Source: an uncultured delta proteobacterium
GTDB lineage: Bacteria; Myxococcota; B64-G9
Assembly: GCA_963754925.1 (NCBI GenBank)
Contig: CAVWHX010000004.1
Span: 384,001 to 448,000, forward strand
Direction: 5' to 3'
DNA length: 64,000 bases
In this document: positions 27,932 through 38,258 of the stretch, piece by piece
How positions within the stretch are numbered: position 1 is the stretch's first letter
Layout of the letters: every line of letters begins with the position of its first letter
Position numbers and translations under genes: made by a program
Notes under the pieces: generated by a model
What the model was told of the DNA's origin: nothing
Databases searched by the model: none
What the model saw: only the letters and a program-made list of their open reading frames with translations

Positions 27932-29655
27932 GCGTGGCGCAACGGTACCTCAGAGCGCTCGCGACGGGTCTTGAACGGCTTACCGGTTGGGCAGATCTCC
28001 TGGACCGTATCAACGTGTTCCCCGTAGCCGACGGCGATACCGGCCGCAACCTTTTGCTGACACTAACGCCGCTTCGTACGTCGACGCCGTATGGTGAACA
28101 TATCATACAACAGCTCCTGCTTTCGGCTCGCGGTAACTCGGGAAACATCGCAGCGCAATTTTTTTCTCAGTTTCTGCCCGCTCTCCGCAACTCGAGTCTG
28201 CTTGAAGCCGCCCGACGGGGTCGGGACATGGCCTGGAAGGCGGTTTTTGATCCGCAACCCGGAACTATCCTCAGCGTTTTCGATTCGCTGTGCGAGAGCC
28301 TAAAACGGCACGATGCAGCGACGAGCCCCGCATGGACCGCGGCGGTGATAGCGGACCTCGGGCGAACGGTGCATGAAACGCGGAATCTGTTGCCGAAGCT
28401 TCGTCAGGCCGGCGTCGTGGATGCAGGCGCTCTGGGAATGTTTATCTTCTTTGACGGCTTTTTGACGGTCCAATCCCAGGGTCAACACCCATTTGCGCCT
28501 ATTCAAGAATTGTTCTCCGATGAACTTCGCCTCACTCACACCTGGCGCGCCGACGCCGAAGCTGGCGTTTGCATCGACGCGGTTATCAAGCTCAAGAATG
28601 GTCAACTACGCAATCCCCCGCTGGATATTGGGAATGCGGCAATTACCTTCCGGTACCAGGATTATTACAAGGTACATTTTCACACGTTGGATGCGCAGCA
28701 GGCGAAAGAGACTCTCGGCAGTTTGGGCGAGCTGGTCGCGTTATCGATTGACGATCTTCAGACGCAAACAAGGGAGTTTTCAAGCAGAAAATCAAACCAG
28801 AAAATTGGCATCATGACCGACGCCGCAGGCTCGCTGCACCGCGAACTGGCGCGCACCCATGACATCATGCTGTTAAACAGCTACATTGTCATTGGTGAGA
28901 CCATGGCCCCCGAGACCTTTGTGGACGCTCAGAAAATGTATAAGGCCATGAGAGCAGGTGTACGCATTTCTACCTCGCAGGCATCGGTGTTTGAACGCCA
29001 TCAGTACTACGCTATGGCGCTTTCGCAGTATGAACATATTATCTATCTATGCGTCGGCTCGGTATATACCGGCAATTTTCAGGTCGCTACCGATTGGAAA
29101 GCTGATAACGATCACGACAACCGATTCATCGTGGTGGACACCGGCGCGGCCTCAGGCAGGCTCGGACTCATTGCACTTGCATCGGCTCGACAGACGATAC
29201 GCGCCTCTTCAGTCGAATCGCTGTTTGGTTTCTGCAGCCGTGCACAGGAGGTCTGTAAAGAATACATCTTCCTCGACCGACTCCAGTTTCTTGCTCAGGG
29301 AGGACGACTTTCCAAAACAAGCGCCTTTTTCGGGGACTGGTTAAGCATGAAGCCGGTGATTTCCCCCCTACCCCAGGGAGCAGAAAAGATTGCGGTATTG
29401 CACAACGCAGAAGAACAGCTTGCCTTTGCCCTTGAGCGCCTTCGTAAGGAACTTCCGACTAACTCGTCAGCCGACATCATGATCGAGTTTTCGGACAACG
29501 AAAACAGGGTCCGGGAAACCATCTATCCTGAAGTTTCGGCACGCTACCCGGCTGCTCGTATCTATGTTGAACCTTTTTCGCATACCTCCGGCGCACATAT
29601 GGGACCGGGCAGCTGGGGAATCGCCTATCTGCCGGAAATTAATTATCCAGCATGA
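27928..29655 (+). CDS. DAK2 (FakA-like) plus DegV (FakB-like) fusion, fatty-acid-kinase-like
   Basis: INVFPVADGDTGRN, ARGNSG and VVDAGA, then DegV-type STSQ, LAQGGR and HMGPG. Confidence 0.85.
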   Translation: MSVAQRYLRALATGLERLTGWADLLDRINVFPVADGDTGRNLLLTLTPLRTSTPYGEHIIQQLLLSARGNSGNIAAQFFSQFLPALRNSSLLEAARRGRDMAWKAVFDPQPGTILSVFDSLCESLKRHDAATSPAWTAAVIADLGRTVHETRNLLPKLRQAGVVDAGALGMFIFFDGFLTVQSQGQHPFAPIQELFSDELRLTHTWRADAEAGVCIDAVIKLKNGQLRNPPLDIGNAAITFRYQDYYKVHFHTLDAQQAKETLGSLGELVALSIDDLQTQTREFSSRKSNQKIGIMTDAAGSLHRELARTHDIMLLNSYIVIGETMAPETFVDAQKMYKAMRAGVRISTSQASVFERHQYYAMALSQYEHIIYLCVGSVYTGNFQVATDWKADNDHDNRFIVVDTGAASGRLGLIALASARQTIRASSVESLFGFCSRAQEVCKEYIFLDRLQFLAQGGRLSKTSAFFGDWLSMKPVISPLPQGAEKIAVLHNAEEQLAFALERLRKELPTNSSADIMIEFSDNENRVRETIYPEVSARYPAARIYVEPFSHTSGAHMGPGSWGIAYLPEINYPA

Positions 29656-30446
29656 GAGAATATTTTCAGCGATTGTTCAAAGGGTTTTATATGGCCATGC
29701 TGTTCGCCATTTTTGGTCTTGGCATTTTCTGTGAGCTCACTCTTTTGACGCCCTTTTTTCTCATTGAAAAGCAACTCATCCACAAGAACCGCTATCGCCT
29801 GCAGTTTATCAATCGGAAATTATTTTCAATTTGGTTTTCACTGCTCGATCTCGGCGGATTGCTGAGAGTGAATACCGCAATAGGTAAACCATTTGAAGGC
29901 GCCTGTGTAGTCGTCGCAAATCACCCGGGCTTATTTGACGTACTTATCCTGATCCGTGATATTCCGGGACTTACCGTAATGGCAAAGCGCTCTCTGCACG
30001 ATAAGCTTTTCCTTGGCCCAGTCTTCGAACTTTCCGGCTACCTCTTTTCTCCCGATAGTAGCACGGTCGCAACGGCGACCGACATGATCCGGAAAGCAAT
30101 CTCGAAATTACACGAAGGATACAAATTCATGCTGTTTCCAGAAGGCACTCGATCGCCAAAGGGTGATTTGCTTTCCTTCAAGCACGGTGCTTTTAAAATT
30201 GCGCAGCTTGCGGGCGTGCCGGTGCAGCCAGTTCTCATCCTTAATGACCCGCCATTCCTGCCCCACGAAGACGCCTGGTATTTCCCTCCGGCAGGTGTTT
30301 CTATGGTACGCTGTGAATATTGGGATCCGCTCCCGCCTCCCCTGCCGGGAGAGGAAATAGCTATGGCGAAGGCTTTGGAAGAACGGTATTGTCGCGCGTT
30401 GAAATCCGCTGTCGCCGGAACTGTGCAAGCACGAACAGGAACGTGA
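29652..30446 (+). CDS. plsC: 1-acyl-glycerol-3-phosphate acyltransferase family
   Basis: NHPGLFD (NHX4D) and FPEGTRS. Confidence 0.88.
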   Translation: MREYFQRLFKGFYMAMLFAIFGLGIFCELTLLTPFFLIEKQLIHKNRYRLQFINRKLFSIWFSLLDLGGLLRVNTAIGKPFEGACVVVANHPGLFDVLILIRDIPGLTVMAKRSLHDKLFLGPVFELSGYLFSPDSSTVATATDMIRKAISKLHEGYKFMLFPEGTRSPKGDLLSFKHGAFKIAQLAGVPVQPVLILNDPPFLPHEDAWYFPPAGVSMVRCEYWDPLPPPLPGEEIAMAKALEERYCRALKSAVAGTVQARTGT

Positions 30447-30449
30447 GTG

Positions 30450-31709
30450 ATGCAAAACAGAAGACGTGTTGTGGTTACCGGTATTGGGTTCCGTTCACCG
30501 ATCGGCCATACCTGGGACGAAATCAAAGCTTCGTTGCTTATGGGGCGCAGCGGGATCAAGGTCATCCGCGAATGGGATAAAATCAACCACTTGCGGACAC
30601 GGGTAGCAGGAGTTTGCGAGAATATTGACGAAATGCTTTTGCCCCGCACGGCGCGCCGAACCATGGGAAGGGTCGGCATCCTCGCCACCCTTGCGGTAAG
30701 AGACGCCATTAACGACGCGGGACTTTCCAATGCCGAAATCACCGCGCCCTATTGCGGACTCTCCTTTGGCTCGACGGGGGGCAGTATTGATTCCTTGGAG
30801 ATTTTTTTTAAAGAACTTTTTGAGAATAAAAATCAATATAGCCTCAAGGGTCTTCAAGCTACGACCTATCTCAAATCCATGAGCCATACGTGCGCGGCCA
30901 ACATAGCCACGACCTTTCGGGTGACCGGTCGGGTGATTGCAACCTGCGCGGCTTGCGTTTCCGGCTCGCAAGGGATTGGGTTCGGCCTCGAGGCAATTCA
31001 AGCCGGCAAAGCAGACATCATGATTAGCGGCGGGGCTGAAGAAATGCACTTTATCGTGGCCAGTGTTTTCGATATTATGCGCGCAACATCAAGCAAGTAT
31101 AATGAGACGCCAGAACGTACCCCGCGCCCCTTCGACGTAGATCGTGACGGCCTCGTGACCGCAGAGGGCGGAGCATGCCTCCTGCTGGAGGAGTTCGAAC
31201 GCGCGAAGGCCCGCAACGCAAAGATCTATGCCGAGGTGGTCGGCTTCGGCACAAACTGCGACGGTACCCACATGATAAATCCAAGCAGCACCGGCATGGC
31301 GGGCGCCATGCTTACCGCCCTCAAGGACGCCAACCTTTCTCCCGGCGATATCGAACATGTCAATGCGCATGCTACCGCCACGACCACCGGCGACCTCGCT
31401 GAGGCTCAAGCGACCTTTAGTGTTTTCGGCAGCAACGTGCCGGTGAGCGCCTTTAAAGGTTATATGGGGCATACGATGGGCGCGTGCGGTGCGCTTGAGT
31501 CGATCATCAGCATTATGATGATGCGCGAGCGCTTTATCGCGCCGACCAGAAATCTGCAAATCCCGGATCCTGAGCTGCCACCCCTTAATCACGTCATCGG
31601 CGAACCGAGGGATGCGAGACTTTCCATCGTCATGAATAATAACTTCGCCTTCGGCGGCATCAATACTTCCCTTATTTTCAAAAATCTAACGGAATCTATT
31701 CAGGTCTGA
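30450..31709 (+). CDS. fabF: Beta-ketoacyl-ACP synthase
   Basis: AACVSG, HATAT, GHTMG and NNFAFGG. Confidence 0.9.
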   Translation: MQNRRRVVVTGIGFRSPIGHTWDEIKASLLMGRSGIKVIREWDKINHLRTRVAGVCENIDEMLLPRTARRTMGRVGILATLAVRDAINDAGLSNAEITAPYCGLSFGSTGGSIDSLEIFFKELFENKNQYSLKGLQATTYLKSMSHTCAANIATTFRVTGRVIATCAACVSGSQGIGFGLEAIQAGKADIMISGGAEEMHFIVASVFDIMRATSSKYNETPERTPRPFDVDRDGLVTAEGGACLLLEEFERAKARNAKIYAEVVGFGTNCDGTHMINPSSTGMAGAMLTALKDANLSPGDIEHVNAHATATTTGDLAEAQATFSVFGSNVPVSAFKGYMGHTMGACGALESIISIMMMRERFIAPTRNLQIPDPELPPLNHVIGEPRDARLSIVMNNNFAFGGINTSLIFKNLTESIQV

Positions 31710-32118
31710 ATACCTGGACTTCAACTTGTCCGACAACGCGGTCTCCGGCGCGGACGACGCCGAGAACGGTCGCATAGTTCCCGCGCATCAAGAGCAGGGT
31801 GCTCATAATCCCAAGGGTAACGCCCCGCGGTATACTCTGCACTTTGAAGGTAGCATTCCGCACGCCCACCAGCCAACCGGCGCCTCCCTGTTGTTGTTCG
31901 TGGCGGCAGCGCCATTTGAGCAGAATCCCCGCGCTTTGGGCGACCAGTTCCACAATAATGACCGACCGCACATTGCCCGCAATCTGTAGCGGCCAGCGTT
32001 CGGTGATGGTCGTTTGGCACAAGCAATGGTGTTCGTCGATTTCGGAAACGGCATCGACAAGTTTCATGCGATCCCGATGGAGGATAAGGTCTTCAATAAC
32101 GATGTTAGGGTCGGGCAC
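31696..32118 (-). CDS. Hotdog dehydratase-like protein (ApeP-like)
   Basis: LILHRDRMKLVD, VELVAQ and GWLVGVR. Start uncertain (GTG at 32118). Confidence 0.75.
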   Translation of the reverse strand: MPDPNIVIEDLILHRDRMKLVDAVSEIDEHHCLCQTTITERWPLQIAGNVRSVIIVELVAQSAGILLKWRCRHEQQQGGAGWLVGVRNATFKVQSIPRGVTLGIMSTLLLMRGNYATVLGVVRAGDRVVGQVEVQVFRPE

Positions 32119-32123
32119 GATTC

Positions 32124-32507
32124 CTATTCCTCGATCGAGAGCAGGGCTATACCGCTGCAAACTAACTCTTCGGCGCCATTGTCCCCACAGCAGACAATCT
32201 CGAAGCGTCCGTCTCCCGCCCTTGATTCTCTCGGCGGCGCAAGTTTCACCGTAAGCGTCGTAGGCGGTTCCATTTTTTTTCTAAAACGCACCTGTCTCAG
32301 TTGTGTCACGACATACTTAATACCGTTACGATCCCCTAAAAGATCTATCGCATCAAATACTAAGCCAATCATGGCTATGCCCGGTATGACGGGATCATTG
32401 GGGAAGTGTCCCTCGATCCATGCAGACTGACGTGGCATGCTGAACGATGCTACCAGGCTATCCTTAGAGAACGCAGTCTCCTCAAGCGTGGACCATACGA
32501 TTGACAC
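32124..32507 (-). CDS. FabA/FabZ-like dehydratase (ApeI-like)
   Basis: EGHFPNDPVIPGIA and QVRF. Confidence 0.82.
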   Translation of the reverse strand: MSIVWSTLEETAFSKDSLVASFSMPRQSAWIEGHFPNDPVIPGIAMIGLVFDAIDLLGDRNGIKYVVTQLRQVRFRKKMEPPTTLTVKLAPPRESRAGDGRFEIVCCGDNGAEELVCSGIALLSIEE

Positions 32508-32513
32508 GGATTG

Positions 32514-32765
32514 TTAGGCCTCAGCGTGCACGGCGGTGTGGATGTATTCGACGATGTCGTTGACGGTCCTGATCTTTTTCAGATCATCTTCTTCAACGTT
32601 AATACTCAGCTTGGATTCCAGCATGGCTATCATGTCGAGGGCATCGATGCTATCAAGTCCTAAGTCCTTGAAGAGATTTGCTTCCCGGGTTATTTTTTCA
32701 GTCGGCACCTCGAACTTACCCGTAAAATAGTCGCTCAGCATTGAAAAAATATCGTCTCTCGTCAT
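32514..32765 (-). CDS. acpP: Acyl carrier protein 3
   Basis: DLGLDSIDALD. Confidence 0.92.
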   Translation of the reverse strand: MTRDDIFSMLSDYFTGKFEVPTEKITREANLFKDLGLDSIDALDMIAMLESKLSINVEEDDLKKIRTVNDIVEYIHTAVHAEA

Positions 32766-32957
32766 AGAGGTAACTCGTTTACCGATGTAATAGGCCGCTT
32801 ACCAATCCAGTCGCCATAAAGACTTCTCGTTGCCATACCGACTTCTGGGTTTTTTGATATCACGGGCAACTTGTCGTTGTCAATTTGCCATTTTTTTATC
32901 ATAATGCTATCGTCAATTTCTGTTTTGCATGATAAAAGTGAGAAATTAACGGTTCAC

Positions 32958-34070
32958 ATGAACAACTCGATTGCTTCAATAGTGAAAGCGGCACCATTGC
33001 AGTTTTCTAACCTTCTCAGAGAACCGAACATCAAGACTCGATGGGAAAAGGTACGCAAGTTTTTCTTCTTGCGGGAATCAACGTACGATATGTCCAACCG
33101 CTGTAATCTCAACTGCGACGGCTGCTATTATCATGAAGGAAACCAGCGTCACGCCAAAGAGAACTTAAACCCCCAGGATTGGCGGCAACTTATGCGCGCC
33201 GAGAAGAAACGGGGCGTCACCTTCGTCGTGCTCGCGGGCGCCGAACCTGCGCTCGTGCCCGATCTCCTCCAGGTGTGTTACGAAGAGATGCCTCTTGGTT
33301 GCATCGCCACCAACGGCATCAAGCTCATCCCCGCTTCCGTTGGCTACCGTATCCACATTTCCGTGTGGGGCAACGACCAAACGAGCGCAAAGACGCGCGG
33401 CGTAGAAAACATCCTCCGGCGCCAACTTGACAACTATCAGGGAGACGACCGCGCGGTGTTTGTTTTCAGTTTCACGCGGCACAACATCGACGAAGCACCC
33501 GACGTTGTCGAGACCCTGGCGCGTCAGGGCTGCAAGGTGACCTTCAACGTGTTCTCCTCCCCCCTTCATTATGATGGCGCTTTACGGCACACCGAAGAGT
33601 CGCTTATCAAAACACGACAATGCATGCTCCGGCTCCTTAAGCAGTATCCCGAAACGGTACTGTTTTCGGCTTACAACAGTGTCGTACATACCTTCCCCAA
33701 GGGCTTACATGACACCTTTTCATGTTCATATCCACGGATGAATCCTTCGACTGCGATTGGGCTCGGCCGCTCGTTCCGTCAGTATCGAACGGATCTTACC
33801 TGGGACCGTACGGTGTCCTGTTGCGTACCGGGGACTGACTGCCTTGATTGCCGGCATTACGCATCCGGCAGCGCGGTCGTCACCGCCCGGCTGTACCGGC
33901 ATGCAGAAGACCGGGCGCATTTCACCTCGTGGCTTGACTACGTGGATACCTACCTGGCGGTATGGGTCACGGGCTATCAAAAGGGTAACAACCTCAACCG
34001 TGATCTAGTCCCGCCTCCGGGCTTCGATTCATGTCGAGAGACGAACGATAGGCATGGTTGTCCACTATGA
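32958..34070 (+). CDS. Radical SAM protein A
   Basis: CNLNCDGC, GAEP, and a C-terminal CCVPGTDCLDC Cys cluster. Confidence 0.88.
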   Translation: MNNSIASIVKAAPLQFSNLLREPNIKTRWEKVRKFFFLRESTYDMSNRCNLNCDGCYYHEGNQRHAKENLNPQDWRQLMRAEKKRGVTFVVLAGAEPALVPDLLQVCYEEMPLGCIATNGIKLIPASVGYRIHISVWGNDQTSAKTRGVENILRRQLDNYQGDDRAVFVFSFTRHNIDEAPDVVETLARQGCKVTFNVFSSPLHYDGALRHTEESLIKTRQCMLRLLKQYPETVLFSAYNSVVHTFPKGLHDTFSCSYPRMNPSTAIGLGRSFRQYRTDLTWDRTVSCCVPGTDCLDCRHYASGSAVVTARLYRHAEDRAHFTSWLDYVDTYLAVWVTGYQKGNNLNRDLVPPPGFDSCRETNDRHGCPL

Positions 34071-35065
34071 AAACAGTTAGCTCGTTGCTTGATCGGGAAT
34101 GGTACGAGCGATACAAACGCATTTCCAAACTTAACATTCGTAGTTCGATCTATGATGTCACCAACCAGTGCAACCTCCGGTGCAAGGGCTGTTTTTTCTT
34201 TTCCTCCAACGAGCATATGGTCACGCGCGACGAAACCGACATCCAGCAGTGGGAGCGGTTCGTCGACCACGAAAAAGAACGGGGGGTGAATCTCGCCATC
34301 CTCATTGGCGGAGAACCAACGTTGTTCCTTGACCGCATCAATGCGTTTTACCAGCGCTTGCCCACCTATTGCGCTACCAATGGCTTGATTAAGATTCCCC
34401 GCGACCGTTTCCCCGACATGATGGTCGGTATTTCCTTGTGGGGTGATGAAGACGATGAGAAGCGACTCCGCGGCAAAGTCGCCTTTTCGATCAACCGTAA
34501 AAACTATGAGGGCGATCAATATTGCTACTACCTGTACACCATTACCCCTCCGCAAGTCGGCAAGATCGAGAGCGTCGTGCGTAAGATTAGAGACGTGGGA
34601 CTCAAAGTGCATTTCCAGTTGCTTTCCAATGATGCATCCGTCAGTGGTTTTGATTGGTCGCAAAGCTTGCTCACGGATATCCGGTTCGAAATGGACGCCA
34701 TGCTGGACGCGTATCCGGATACGGTCATCTCAAGTAACTACTACCACCAGATAATCACAACGAATGAAATGCTCGGCAGGCCATGGGGTTGGAATGAATG
34801 CCCCTCGGTGACCGAGCCGCTCGACACGCGCGCGCCAAATCCGAAGCGTCTGATTGGATTCATCCGATGGGCTTCGGACCTCAAGACCATGCACCGCTGC
34901 TGCACATCTGAAACGCGCGACTGTAGTACCTGTAAAGACGGCGCCGCGCACATGAGTTGGGTCATGGTCAACAAACGCGATCATATGGCGAACAGTCAGC
35001 ACCTCCAAAATTGGATCGAAATCTACGAGATGTTTGCAAAGCTGTACCGATTCATCCCATGGTAA
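34067..35065 (+). CDS. Radical SAM protein B (paralog of A)
   Basis: CNLRCKGC, GGEP and C-terminal CCTSETRDCSTC. ATGA overlap with A. Confidence 0.9.
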   Translation: MKTVSSLLDREWYERYKRISKLNIRSSIYDVTNQCNLRCKGCFFFSSNEHMVTRDETDIQQWERFVDHEKERGVNLAILIGGEPTLFLDRINAFYQRLPTYCATNGLIKIPRDRFPDMMVGISLWGDEDDEKRLRGKVAFSINRKNYEGDQYCYYLYTITPPQVGKIESVVRKIRDVGLKVHFQLLSNDASVSGFDWSQSLLTDIRFEMDAMLDAYPDTVISSNYYHQIITTNEMLGRPWGWNECPSVTEPLDTRAPNPKRLIGFIRWASDLKTMHRCCTSETRDCSTCKDGAAHMSWVMVNKRDHMANSQHLQNWIEIYEMFAKLYRFIPW

Positions 35066-35111
35066 AAGATTACCTGGCTCACCGTGTACCACAGCGATTA
35101 AGGTAGCAAGC

Positions 35112-36356
35112 ATGGATAGAACCCGCATCGTTGTCCTTGGTTATGATGCCATCTCATCGCTCGGCGCCACGTTAGGCGAGCAGTGGGAACGCGCCGAGCA
35201 CGGTCATGGCGGTATCGGACCGCTGACGCGTTTTCCGTTGCCTGATGAATTCCCCGTCCGTATTGCGGGGCAAGTAGCGGATCTGCCGGACCGGGCGTTC
35301 CCCTACATGTCACCGCGCGAGCTCGGGCACTGGACATCGCCTATCTTTCGGTATGGCATGTTAGTGGTGCACCGCACGATTAACAACATTGGCCTGGAAA
35401 TCGCGCCGGAGATTGCGCCGCGCGTTGCAACAACATTTAGTACTGCTATTGGCGGTCTCGATGCCGTTATCAAGGCCGATCGTACGATGACGGCCTCCGG
35501 TAAGTTGCCACATCCGTTCGTCAATCCCAACTCATGCATCAACATGGTGACCGGCAAAGTGGCCATCCTTACGGGCGCCACCGGACCGATTCTTGCCACC
35601 GTCACGGCATGTGCCACTGGCTGCTCATCCCTGATCATCGGTGCGCTGTTGCTGCAAGCCGGGCTTGCCGATGTAGCCATCTGCGGAGCAGTCGATTTCC
35701 CGTTGATTGAACCGATTGTTGCCGGGTTCGCAACGATGAACGGCGCCTATAAAAGTCTGCCGGAGGAGGCCGATGCGAGAACCGCGAGCAGGCCCTTTTC
35801 GGTTGCACGTCGAGGCTTTATTATTTCCGAGGGTGCCGGTTGCGTGGTAATCGCTCATGAACGCTTCGCGAACGCCCATGGTTTGCCATACCGCATCGCG
35901 CTTGCCGGCTGGTCCATGACTGCGGACGCCTACCACTTTGTCGCTCCGAAACGGGAGACGATCGGCCGCTGTATGCACGAAGCCATCGCCAGTGCCGGGT
36001 TGCACCCGCACGACATCGATGCCGTCAACGCCCACGCTGCAAGCACCAAAGTTGGCGACGCTACTGAGGCGGACGCCCTGCACGATGTTTTCGGCAACAC
36101 GATGCCACCCCTAACGGCCAACAAATCATTAATCGGTCACGCCATGGGAGCGGCAAGTGCGCTTGAGCTTATCTACGCGATGGAAGGGATGATCCGCGGT
36201 AAGCTTCTACCGACTATCAATTACACACCCGATCCAACGTTAGCCCTTAACACGGTTGGAACTACCACGATAGATCTTCACCAGGAATTCGTTCTCAAGA
36301 ACTCGTTTGGCTTCGGCGGGTGTAACGCCTGCATAGTATTACAACGGCTCGCGTGA
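35112..36356 (+). CDS. Beta-ketoacyl-ACP synthase family
   Basis: TACATG, HAAST, GHAMG and KNSFGFGG. Confidence 0.9.
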   Translation: MDRTRIVVLGYDAISSLGATLGEQWERAEHGHGGIGPLTRFPLPDEFPVRIAGQVADLPDRAFPYMSPRELGHWTSPIFRYGMLVVHRTINNIGLEIAPEIAPRVATTFSTAIGGLDAVIKADRTMTASGKLPHPFVNPNSCINMVTGKVAILTGATGPILATVTACATGCSSLIIGALLLQAGLADVAICGAVDFPLIEPIVAGFATMNGAYKSLPEEADARTASRPFSVARRGFIISEGAGCVVIAHERFANAHGLPYRIALAGWSMTADAYHFVAPKRETIGRCMHEAIASAGLHPHDIDAVNAHAASTKVGDATEADALHDVFGNTMPPLTANKSLIGHAMGAASALELIYAMEGMIRGKLLPTINYTPDPTLALNTVGTTTIDLHQEFVLKNSFGFGGCNACIVLQRLA

Positions 36357-36512
36357 GACACACCGTGGAAATACGACGGGCGGCACCGTAGCATTGCTGT
36401 GCAAGACCTGCGTTAAGTGCATTGACATTGGTGGTGTTTTTCGTGCTTATGGGAATGTCGTATCGGCGATGGCAGTGCGGATCATTAACATATTTTTTAT
36501 AGGAGCTGCTCG

Positions 36513-37779
36513 GTGAAAGCGCCCTGCAACCGCCGCGTCTTCGTTATCGGCTACGCTGCTGCCACGCCGCTGGGCATCGATTTCGCCACCACGTGGGAGC
36601 GAGCCGTGCGCGGTGAGGCCGGTTTTCGGATGGTTTCTCCGTTGCTCGGTGGACAGCCCGAGCATGATTGTCGGTGAGATCCCCGGCTGGAATCCCTTGG
36701 CGTTGGATTTCGCCGACAAGAAGGAAGTAAAAAATTTCAACGCCATGTTCGTGTTACTCACCATGATGGTCTGCCGCGATGCGCTTCGTCACGCGGGACT
36801 CGAGATGACCGACGGCGTCGGGCCGCGCACGGCCTGTTTCATCGGATCCTCGCTCAATGGCCATGACGCCTATCGCGAGGCCACGGTTAATCTTATGGAG
36901 CGGGGACCGAATCGGGTCAGTCCGTTCCTGCTGCCCAACCTGTGTGCCAATCTACCATCGGGAAAGGCAGGCATGCTGCTCAAATTCACGGGTCCGGTCT
37001 TCTCGCCCCAAGGGGCCTGCGCTTCTGGCAACCATGCCATTGGCCTCGGCGCGCGACTGATCCGCGACGGTGATGTCGACTTTGTGCTCGCCGGCGGCGT
37101 CGACACCGCTATCCTGCCCGAGATCATCCACGGTTTTGCCAACATGAACGCCACCTTCAAAGTGCATCCCGAGGACCGCGCTTTTAAGGACCTCGCGCAG
37201 GCTTCCCGACCGTTCAGCATCGACCGAAAGGGTTTCGTGCTTTCTGAAGGGGCCGGCGTGCTCGTGCTGGCGGCTGAGGATGCGATCGCAGCGCATGGTT
37301 TGAGGGCGCGAGCTGAAATCATGGGCGTTGGCTGGTCGTCGGATGCACATCACATCACCAAGCCATACGCACCCACGATTGTTCGTGCCCTACGCGAGGC
37401 TATTGATGATGCGAATCTTGCGCCCGTCGATATCCAGTATGTGAACGCGCACGGCACGTCAACGCCAACCGGAGATAGCAATGAGATCGCCTGCCTCAAA
37501 GAGGTCTTTCGCGCGGATCTCGAACGAATACCCGTTTCCTCGAACAAATCGCAGCTCGGGCATACCCTGGGCGCTTCGGCGGCCATTGAGGGAGCGCTCA
37601 CTATCGAGGGTATGCAGCACGGTATCATCCTGCCGACCATCAACCATCGTCCCGATCCTGAGTTTGACGGCGTGGACGTCGTGCCCAACCAGGCTCGGAA
37701 ACAGCGTTACGAAATTGCACTATCGAACGCGTTTGGATTCGGAGGCACCAACTGCTGTATCGTTTTTCGAGGAGTTTGA
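36513..37779 (+). CDS. Beta-ketoacyl-ACP synthase family, +1 frameshift near 36639
   Basis: RBS AGGAG and GTG start giving MKAPCNRRVFVIGY. Extra C in TCTCCGT. GACASG, HGTST and GHTLG motifs. Confidence 0.88.
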
Positions 37780-38258
37780 TGACCACCAAGCGGTTCAATC
37801 CTAACCCCATTGATGAAACTGGGATGTTCGTCCGTGATACCGTAACCAATCTGGTATGGCATCGCGTGCAGACCAGACCGCTGTACGCTGACACCGATCG
37901 CTCACAGGTCGTGTATCATGCTAACTATTTACGCTACTTCGAACTCGGCCGAACGAGCCTCATGCGCGATATGGGCTATCCCTACCGGGAGGTCGAAAAC
38001 GCCGGCTATATCTATCCCATTGTGAATCTGCAGCTCTCCTTCAAGTATCCTCTTTTCTACGATGATCCCATCTGGATTCATACCCGACCATCAGAGATCG
38101 ATCGCATACGTGTTACGTTTAACTATATCATCACGCATGTTGAGCACGCTTGCGTGGTTTGCACGGGCTTTACCAAGCACTGCGCTTTAAACGAAAAGCG
38201 AAAGCCTACGCCCGTCGACGCCACGACGGCACGAATGTGGAAAACCTTTCCCGCATGA
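37779..38258 (+). CDS. YbgC-like thioesterase
   Basis: YADTDRSQVVYHANYLRYFELGR. Confidence 0.9.
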   Translation: MTTKRFNPNPIDETGMFVRDTVTNLVWHRVQTRPLYADTDRSQVVYHANYLRYFELGRTSLMRDMGYPYREVENAGYIYPIVNLQLSFKYPLFYDDPIWIHTRPSEIDRIRVTFNYIITHVEHACVVCTGFTKHCALNEKRKPTPVDATTARMWKTFPA